A DNA stretch of 64,000 nucleotides from Eledone cirrhosa (taxonomy: Eukaryota). The notes beneath the pieces were generated by a model. That model was given only the letters and a program-made list of their open reading frames with translations, did no database searches and had not been told where the DNA came from. Positions 54,947-64,000 of the stretch are shown in pieces (position 1 is the stretch's first letter; each line of letters opens with the position of its first letter). The stretch is from positions 63,736,001 through 63,800,000 of the forward strand of contig OZ024747.1 in the NCBI GenBank assembly GCA_964016885.1, written 5' to 3'. A program made the position numbers and the translations under genes.

Positions 54947-56943
54947 TATATATATGTGTGTATGTAAAATATGTTTGCTCAAACCATCAAAAGCTGCAGT
55001 CAAAGGTTATGAATTATTAAAGAGAATGTTGATAACTAGTGATATATTTAGTTTTCTTAAAGCATTTCTAATCATGATTAATCTTTTTGAATTTATAATA
55101 TCATTAAGTCTCTCTGCAACTTTAAGTTTATTGACAATTTAACCCTCCCTATATCAACCCCATCAAGACCACTATTGTCTATGATTAAAAAAAAAATCCA
55201 CTTCAAAGTCTTCATATTTAAATTCAAACTTTCTATCATAATTGTAACTAAGAACGTTTTGTTAATTTTCCTTCCAAACAACAGTTAATAATAAATGTGT
55301 TAATTATTTGATTAGAGAAGAAAAGAGGCTGTTTATCAGATCAGAACAAGGAAACTTTATCTCTATTGGTTTTTCCATAGCTGACATTATCTGTTGTTTA
55401 CTGAAGTGTCACAGTTTTTTTGCTGATAGGAGATGAGATTTGTACTGAGAGAGCTGGAAACAATTGATATGAAAGGCAAAGTTGACCTTTGTGGTATTTG
55501 AATTCAGAGTACAGACAGCCATAACAAATACCAAAACATATTAAATATGGTGCTCTAATATAGAGGTTCTCAAAGTGGGTGTTACCATCCCCTGGAGGCG
55601 TTCAGAAGGTCCAGGGGGCAGTAGAGATGATATAATAGTATATTAAATATTAAATTGATTGGCAGTATCGCTAGAGCGTCAGACAGCATGTTTTGCAGCA
55701 TAGTTATGGCCCTTTGCGTTCTGAGTTCAAATCCCGCTGAGGTTAACTTTGCCTCTCATCCTTACAGGGTTGATAAAATAAAGTACCAGTAATGCACTGG
55801 GTACTTACTGGCTTTGTGCCAAAAGTAGAAACAATTATATATAGATATAGTAAAATAAAAAATATATATTAAATCATATATAGTATATATTATATTATTT
55901 ATTATATATAAATTAACAATTTTATTTATTATATATTATTTACAATTTGCGTGTAGGCAGTTATCTCTGGAAATAGTGGTGGTGGGTGATGAGGGTATTA
56001 CGTGGCTGTGAGATGTTGAAAGCTCTGCTTTAATGACAGTCAATTTTGCTGCCTTAATCACTCAAAATTCTTGACATTTAAAAAAAAATAATTGGAAAAC
56101 ACATAGGTAGTGAATTCAATTCAAAACATGAGCATAAACATGGAGAGGAGATGGACTTCATCAGATTTAAAATGCCCATGACACACCATATATTACAACA
56201 GCGGCCCTATAACTTCAACAGGAGATACAGGTACATATATATATATATATATATACATAGTATATGAGGCACTCCATCAGTTATGACGGCGAGTGTTCCA
56301 GTTGATCTGATCAATGGAACAGCCTGCTTGTGAAATTAATGTGTAAATGGCTGAGCATTTCACAGACACATGTATCCTTATCCTTAATGTAGTTCTCAGG
56401 GAGTTCTCAGTATGACATAGAATGTGAAAAGGCTGGCCCTTCGATTTACAGGTTCAACTCACTTTTGCCAGCTGAGTGGACTGGAGCAACGTGAAATAAA
56501 GTGTCCTGCTGAAGGACACAACGGGCCACTGGGAATTGAACTCAAAACCTTACGATTGTAAGCTGAATACCCTAACCACTAAGCCATGTGCCTTCATATA
56601 ATGCATATATGGTCATAAAAGGATTGATCTAGACATACACTAGGCAGGTATTGTTATTTATTCTTCCTTTAACCCTTTACATTACTCTATATTTACTATT
56701 GTATTTTTGTGATAAAGGCTTTATCTCACATAATATCGAATTTATGAGAATTTGATATTATATATTTTGAGAACAATACCTTAACATCAGTGTGAGCCAC
56801 CGATTACAGTCAGGTTGAAAAGAAAAAGCTGATAGAATTCTGGCTGGATGCACCCTGTTTAAATGCTAAAGGGTTAAAAGTGAAACTATAATCAGTGTTT
56901 GTTAAAGATATAACATTTGTCAGTTTAGTATTCTATCTTTCAG

Positions 56944-57037
56944 ACACAACAAGACTAAAAAAACCTCATGAGGTTGATGGAAGGGATTACCATTTTGTAT
57001 CAAGAGATGAAATGGAGAAAGGTATTTTACTAAACAG
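56944..57037 (+). CDS. MPP7: MPP7-like exon E, GK-like GMP-binding subdomain
   Basis: Acceptor tatctttcag|, donor CAG|gtatga. 94 nt. Translates (Y)TTRLKKPHEVDGRDYHFVSRDEMEKGILLN(R), with the guanylate-kinase signature TTR..E.DG.DY.F. Confidence 0.97.
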
Positions 57038-57428
57038 GTATGAATATAATATACAAATATATTGATACACAAATACATACATACACACACATAAACACAC
57101 ATGCACACTCGCATAAACACATATACAAGCACATACATATATGGCACATGTGTGTTTAGGGTCCATTAAAGAGGATTCAACCAGTATTCAAACATTTGCA
57201 AGATTATTAGTTTGGTACATTACTACTTCTATGATTCTTCCTTTTTCCTCAACTGATCCACAAATATATATAACATGTGTATGTAAATATAATATCTATA
57301 TATATATATAAATATGTGTGTGTGTGTGTGTCCGGGTTCAATCAAGGGTAACCACAGTAAGTAAGGTACTCAATACATAATTTCCTTTGAATGAAAAAGT
57401 TCTAGTCTTGTAGAAGCCATTTCTATAT

Positions 57429-57462
<34 letters not shown>

Positions 57463-58994
57463 TGTGTGTGTGCGCACATGTAAATATTTATATGTATATA
57501 TATATATATATTTATATATATATACACATATATGTGTGTGTGTGTGTGTGTGCGTGCACGTGTAAATATTTATATGTATATATATATATATATGTATATA
57601 TATATGTATATATATATACACATATATATGTGTGTCTGTGTGTGTGTGTGTGTGCATGCACGTGTAAATATTTATATGTAAATATATATATAATATAAAT
57701 ATAATATATATATAATATAAATATAATATATATATAATATAAATATAATATATATATAATATACAATACACACACACACATATATAAATGTGTGTGTGTG
57801 TATATAAATATATATAGAGAGAAAGGGGCTAGGGAGATAGTGAATACCTAGTGAAGTAGTGAATATGAATTGTTCTAGACTTCAATGGCAAACCAAAGAG
57901 TTTTGCATGGAAACCAACTCTAATCAGTATTTGATCAAATTTATTCCATCCTTTCACTATTGAACGAAAATACTACCTTATTTACATATTTAAATAAAGA
58001 GAAAAAATTATTTAAATAACTTAAATGTCTTGCGGAGATTAAAAATGAATTTCTTGCTAAAAAAATTGTTTATATAATATAGGCTGAACAATGCCTGTTG
58101 CTATGAAGGTTTTTTTAAAAAATATTTCTATTCTTTTATTTGTTTCATTTAATAAAGTGTGGCCATACTGGAGCATCACTTCATGTTGATCATTTCAACT
58201 CCTCTATATATTTCATTGATCTCTATTTTTTGTCAAAACATTAAGTTACTGGATGTTAACAATAATATGCCTACACCCACATATACCTACACGTGCATAT
58301 GCCTACACAAACATATCTACACAGACATATACCTACTCAGACATATGCCTAGATGTACATATACCTACACAGATATGTCTACACGCACACATGTCTAAAC
58401 ACACACGTCTACACATACATATGTCTACACAAACATATGCCTACATACACATACGCCTATACGCACATAAGCCTACACATGTGTATGCCTGCACACATAT
58501 ATGCCTACTCACACACAGGGCCTATGAGAGGGGTCGTCCAGTCAGTACTTTGTTCTGGGGGCCAAAACCTAAGAAGACCCCACAGCAATCATGCAACATC
58601 ATTTTGAGAAAAATCTTTGCCTGCTTTGGGCCCCATATGGCTGCAAAGTAGATTCCTTAACCACACAGTTTTGGTTAAAAAGCAAACAAACAAAAAAAAA
58701 ATCGTTATCAATAAGATCTAGTAGATTAGGGTTATTATTTTTTGTTTATTGAAAGAAGTATTATTGTACAAAGAAAAGTAATTATAGCCACCACAATTCT
58801 AATAAAGAAACGTAAATTTATTCCAATATTTCAGATTTTGACCTTTTTAATTTCACAGTCAGAGATTATTAAAGTTCAAAATACTGAATATATTTATTCT
58901 TCCCTTTATAGAGTATTGTGTGGGATTTTCATATCTTTTTTCTTATAATTAATTCATATTTATATTAAAATTAGTTGTGACGATACCATAAGCA

Positions 58995-59135
58995 ATGGTG
59001 TATATACTATTATTGATAGTGTATATATTAAAATTATTTGTGTACATATTATAATTAATAGTGTATATATTAAAATTATTTGTGTACATATTATAATTAA
59101 TAGTGTATATATTAAAATTATTTGTGTATATATTA
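58995..59135. repeat. 42-bp tandem repeat, about 3 copies
   Basis: Unit atagtgtatatattaaaattatttgtgtacatattataatta. Confidence 0.85.
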
Positions 59136-59280
59136 TCATAGAATAACAATGAATGTTTCAACCTAACTATGGGTTTTCTCTCCTTCCCTCTCTCTCTCTC
59201 TTCTGGGGGAAGACAGTATTTCTTCCTCTTTCCCTTATCCACATCCCCCCTCTCTCTCTATATATACATATATATAAATA

Positions 59281-59332
<52 letters not shown>

Positions 59333-59360
59333 TCTCTTTCTCTCTCTATATATATATAAA

Positions 59361-59404
<44 letters not shown>

Positions 59405-59407
<3 letters not shown>

Positions 59408-59794
59408 TTCATCATCATTTCATTTTACGTCCACTTTTCCCTGCTTGCAAGGGTGGGACAGGAACTGATTCTGGCTTGATTTCTACAGCTGGATGCCCTT
59501 CCTAACACCAACCTCATTTACAGTGAGTGCTGGGTGCTTTTTTTCCGTGGCGCCTACACGTCCACTTTACAGAGTGGGCTGGGTGCTTTTTTGCCGTGGT
59601 ACCTCCACGACCACTTTACAGTGGAATGATAGGGACCCCAGTCCCTAGCATCTTATTTCTACAGCTGAGTAAACTGGAGCAATGTGAAATAAAGTGTCTT
59701 GCTCAAGGAAACAACACATCACCCGGTCTGAGAATTGAACTCACAACCTTTCGATTGCAAGGCCAATGCTCTAACCACTTAGCCATGTACCTCC
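59405..59794 (-). mobile_element. tRNA-derived SINE family 1, full length
   Basis: Reverse copy with a duplicated aagcacccag...ctgtaaa internal unit. Confidence 0.85.
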
Positions 59795-60074
59795 ACATAT
59801 ATATATACATATGGAAAAGAATGAAACAAAATTTCATTTCTCACTCTTAATACGGCTGATGCCTAAATATAAGTATTTATGCATACATACATATATGTGT
59901 ACAGACGTACAGTAGTATGTATATATATACATACATGCACACATATATATATGTATGTATGGGTTTACCAAACATTTATTATAATGTTCGGTTTGTTTGT
60001 AAACAAACAGCCCGAATTACGCCGTACAGTGCTCAGCAATGACCGTCGCCCTTTTGTTCAACACTGACACAGGA

Positions 60075-60117
60075 ACGATGTACTAGTTTCAAGCTTATTA
60101 GCTATCATCAGCATCGT
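60075..60117 (-). ncRNA. Intact minimal type I hammerhead ribozyme
   Basis: Minus strand reads ACGAUG-CUGAUGA-U-AGCU-AAUA-AGCU-U-GAAA-CUAG-U-A^CAUCGU. Perfect 6-bp stem I, full core, 4-bp stem II, palindromic stem III (ACUAGU), GUA cleavage triplet. Confidence 0.88.
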
Positions 60118-60378
60118 ATACCTTTCTGTCAGATGATTGAACGTGTGAAAGTATATACTTTCCTTATGCATATTAACAGCTGAGCAGCCTAATTTGCATA
60201 TCGAGTGAGTTAGTAGGCCGGGCAATATATATATATTTATATATATATCTTCCATTCTTTATCTATCATTCACCCACTCTATATCCATCTCTTTCTCTAT
60301 TATATATATATGTGTATGTATATAAATTCCCCTGACTAACTTTATATATATTTGTCTTATATATTTCTATTTCCTAAG

Positions 60379-60487
60379 ATTTGTTGAGTATGGCGAGTAT
60401 AAAGGGAATTTGTATGGCTCAAGCATTGATTCCATAAAATGTGTGATCAACTCAGGAAAAGTGTGTGTCTTAACTCCACATACACAG
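60379..60487 (+). CDS. MPP7: MPP7-like exon F, GK-like domain
   Basis: Acceptor tttcctaag|, donor CAG|gtaaaa. 109 nt. Translates (R)FVEYGEYKGNLYGSSIDSIKCVINSGKVCVLTPHTQ. Confidence 0.96.
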
Positions 60488-61130
60488 GTAAAACATTTTA
60501 TTATTATTTCTTTTATTACATCCTCTGTTTTTTTTGGTTTTTTTACACGCAGAAATGCCCATTTGTACTGTCCTGTATTGTCCTGTACTGTCCTTAATGT
60601 CTACTTTGTGTAAACCCTTGTGGTTAATAAAGAAAGAAAGCATTATTATTATGATTATTATCTGTCTGGTGGCCATGGCGAAAGAGATAGTTTGGTGGAC
60701 ATGTTTGAATGGGCTGAAGACGAGTACTTACCTCTTCGGTGATGCCCTGATTAACTTTTTCAAATTTCATTTGTAAAGGAAAATCAGGGTAGAGAGGGAA
60801 GTGCTCTCTTCCCAGCATTTTGTTGAAAGATGGGTGAGAAAGGCAAGAATGGCCCGAGTGATTGGGCCTACTCTGAGTATGTGTCTGTAAATTAAAGGTG
60901 GAAAACTGGGAGAGGGCACTTGCCCTGGTGGTCAGGGTCACTGTGGCCTTTTAATGGGCTTTCTCCACGAATGTCCCTCGGAAGTCTGCCCCCTATTGGG
61001 GAATTTTTTCATTGTTCTATTATTACATCCTCTGTTTTTTGTATTTTTACACGCAGAAATGCCCTTTTGTACCGTCCTGTATTGTCCTTAATGTCTACTT
61101 TGTGTAAACCCTTGTGGTTAATAAAGAAAG

Positions 61131-61169
<39 letters not shown>

Positions 61170-62629
61170 TTGTGGGCTTTCTCCACGTGAAACCCTCAAA
61201 AATTTTCTTTTGTTTTATTTTTTTGTTACATCTTTTGTTTTTGTTTTATACTCATTTTTACACACAGAAACCCACATTGTGCTGTCTTTAATGTATTTTT
61301 TATGTAGATGTAAAGTCTGTGGTCAATGAGGAAAATATTATTATTATTCTTTGAAACTCTTTATTACATACTAATTAGTTAAAAACGTGTGCTTCAGACA
61401 AAAATTTAGCAACAGACTGTTGCTATTTTCTCTCTTAAATTTGTGTTTAATTTAACTATTTTATTACCATATTGCCATATTTCTAATTAAAAACAAAATT
61501 ACTGTCAATGATTTGCAAATCATTTTGAAAATAATTAAGTATTTGGAGGTATTTAATATAATAATAATAATCATCATTTTTCCGAACTACCATGGGTTAG
61601 ATGGGTTGTCCTATTTGAAGTAAATCAGGGTCAGATGATCAAGTCTTTCTCATTGTCATCTTAATAATATAACTCCCTTCTCATTACTAAGTTGGTGTTT
61701 GGGATATAAAAGTTCTTACATAGAATTATAATGGAAGGTTTTAAACTAAATATACATGCTTTAAAAAAACAGCATTGTATCATGGAACTGGAGGTAATTT
61801 CAGTGGGTTGAAAACAAGATTAAATATATAATAATAAATGTATGTTTGTATGTATGTCCCCAATTGTAGGTCACTGTTCTGCACCTGAACAGCAGAAATT
61901 TGCATGGAGATGCAACTTTTCAAGGCGAATCTCATTGTCTATTTGACTTTTTCTGAATTGTTTAAAATTCTAGATAGGAAAACTAAAACTCTTGTATACC
62001 CCCAAGCACTACAATAGATATTGAAAAGTTACTGATTAGAAAATAATCAATTTACAGTAATTAGCAAATTAGTTTAGCATTTTAAAGAAAAAAGTATCTT
62101 TCCCAAGAAAATGTTTTGAAATACAGTTTTAGAGATGGGGACGGTTATGTATGTATTGATGGCTGCTAGGATTGATATTTACCTTTCATTTGGGTTCTAT
62201 AAAAAGACTGTATCTGTATGTGTATAGAAGGTGCATGGCTCAGTGGTTACAGAGTTGTATTCACAATCATGAGGTTGCGAGTTCTCAGACCGGGTGATGC
62301 GTTGTGTCCTTGAGCAAGAAAGACACTTTATTTCACATTGATAGTCTGATTTCCTTAGTCTGATTTGACATGGTCCACCCCACTCAGCAAACTAATGAGG
62401 TCTGGGATCTTGTCGATCAAGCAGAGTGAGAGTGATATGTGTATAATACACACTCATGTATAATGTGCACTCCTAATTATGAACGATGAAATGCTAGAAA
62501 CAAAATATCTGGTGTATAAACCATACTGACTTTAGCTTTACAAGATAAGGTAAAAAAAAAGCAGATTTATTATAATTGCTGTGTAATTTTATTCATCTGA
62601 AATGAAACAAAAACTAATTTTGAAAGTAA

Positions 62630-63045
62630 CCATTAGCCATGAATCTTGGACAATGACCAAAAGAATACAATCGCGAATATAAGTGGCTGAAATGGGATTC
62701 CTCTGAAGGGTCTTTGGAGTAATGTTACTTGATAAACTGTGTAACTCAAAGATCAAAGAATCACTCCAGATAGAGTTGTTATTTCTCCAATATTATGGGC
62801 ATTTGATTAGAATGTCTTAGGAAAGAATTGTTTCTTCAGATTTTACAGGCAAAACCAACCAGCAGGAGACCCAGGGGTAGACCGCAAGCAAGGTGGTTGG
62901 ATAACATCCATGAGCCTTGGCTGGTCATGCTTGGGGATCCAACCAGATCAGTTGGAAACTGTTGCTTCTGACAGGACCTGCTAGAAGGAGTGTTTGAGGA
63001 CTCTTCCCTCATGACCATCTCAGGAATAAGTAGGCAAAGAAGGAG
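62630..63045 (+). mobile_element. Decayed RTE-like LINE 3' fragment
   Basis: Colinear with the reverse complement of 12620-13030. Confidence 0.7.
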
Positions 63046-63336
63046 GTGTAGGCAATAAAAGTGAACCTGTTGGAAATCATAAACAATTTGAATTTGATAT
63101 TGGAATACTTAAATATATATTTTCAGTTTACTATTTAGTTCATACAATAGTATATTGTCATATCACAAGAGAAAAAATACATAAGATTTAAAAATAGATT
63201 TTTTATAAAACCTGTCTGACTTTATTTTTTTTCTTATATATATATATGATTCTGGCTAACCCATGCATGCATGGAAAATAGATGTTAAATGGTAATGTTG
63301 AGCATGATAATGATATATTTTCACTTTTACTTTCAG

Positions 63337-63474
63337 GCTCTTAAATTTTTACGAACAGCAGACATCAAACCATATGTGATATTTGTAGCACCACCATCTT
63401 TTGAAATACTAAAAGCCACGAGGTTTGATAAGAATGCTAGACATACAGTAAATGATCTCCCTCAACCATTTTCA
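63337..63474 (+). CDS. MPP7: MPP7-like exon G, GK-like domain (gene continues past window)
   Basis: Acceptor ttttactttcag|G, donor TCA|gtaaga. 138 nt. Translates ALKFLRTADIKPYVIFVAPPSFEILKATRFDKNARHTVNDLPQPFS. GVGRNEL, PHxQA and ILKATR resemble Metro/MPP7 as I recall them; MPP5/PALS1 is the alternative assignment. Confidence 0.95.
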
Positions 63475-63599
63475 GTAAGAACTCCCTTTTATTATTTTCA
63501 ATGTTTTATACAAATATACAGCACTAGTGAAAGAAGTGTGTGGACCCAAAGAGAGACTATGTTGATAAATAAAGCAAGATAATATTTGTATATGCTACT

Positions 63600-64000
63600 A
63601 TAATAATAATGAAATTATTGTGTATACTGCTCAGGTGCACTACAATTCATCAAAGATGCATGTATATAGAATAATGTACAAGTGAACAGTGTATGAGTCA
63701 TGATATACATGTGTGCATCTGTATGGAGGGGGAATGCCAGGTTTTGTGTTGAAAAATTTCAGAAAGCATGGAGGTTTTAAAGGATGCAGTGTCTCGGCAG
63801 CTAACAATTGATGCAGGTAGTTTGTTCCATGCTTCAGCAACTCTGAGCATGAACAAATGTTTCTGAAAGTCATGGGAGCTGTGCTGTTTTCTGACTTTGT
63901 AGGCATGCCCATAGGTGTTAGATACATGGAATTCAAAAAAGGTGCTCATGGTTGTTGTTGGCAAGATGGTTAATAATTTTGTGGGTGTCTACCAAGTGTG
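63600..64000 (-). mobile_element. CR1-clade LINE 3' end (second copy, runs off window)
   Basis: Highly similar to 38480-38870; GHAYKV..RVAEAWNKLP. Confidence 0.88.

Noticed and set aside
973-59468. Dozens of ORFs rich in YI, CV, HT or poly-V/I in the ORF track
   Set aside because: They are translations of (TA)n, (TG)n, (CA)n and trinucleotide microsatellites, or of SINEs.

Overview
AT-rich, microsatellite-dense eukaryotic DNA, most consistent with a cephalopod (octopus-like) genome; this is inferred from repeat content, not verified. The only host gene I can support is a + strand MAGUK p55-subfamily gene (MPP7/Metro-like). Seven GT-AG exons (22970-63474, 670 nt) splice in frame into the HOOK region and most of the guanylate-kinase-like domain; the 5' and 3' exons lie outside the window. 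The rest is intronic: two tRNA-type SINE families, RTE and CR1 LINE fragments, hAT and Tc1/mariner MITEs, and several minisatellites. The main discovery is a set of at least six families of short non-coding elements, mostly inserted in (TA)n tracts, that carry type I hammerhead ribozyme motifs and often form fold-back palindromes, as Penelope-like retroelement pseudo-LTRs do. One stand-alone motif is intact and antisense to the gene (60075-60117). One is intact but locked in a perfect 107-bp palindrome (3539-3645). Every stand-alone sense copy I found is truncated or mutated. All folding was done by eye, and repeat boundaries are approximate unless TIR/TSD coordinates are given.
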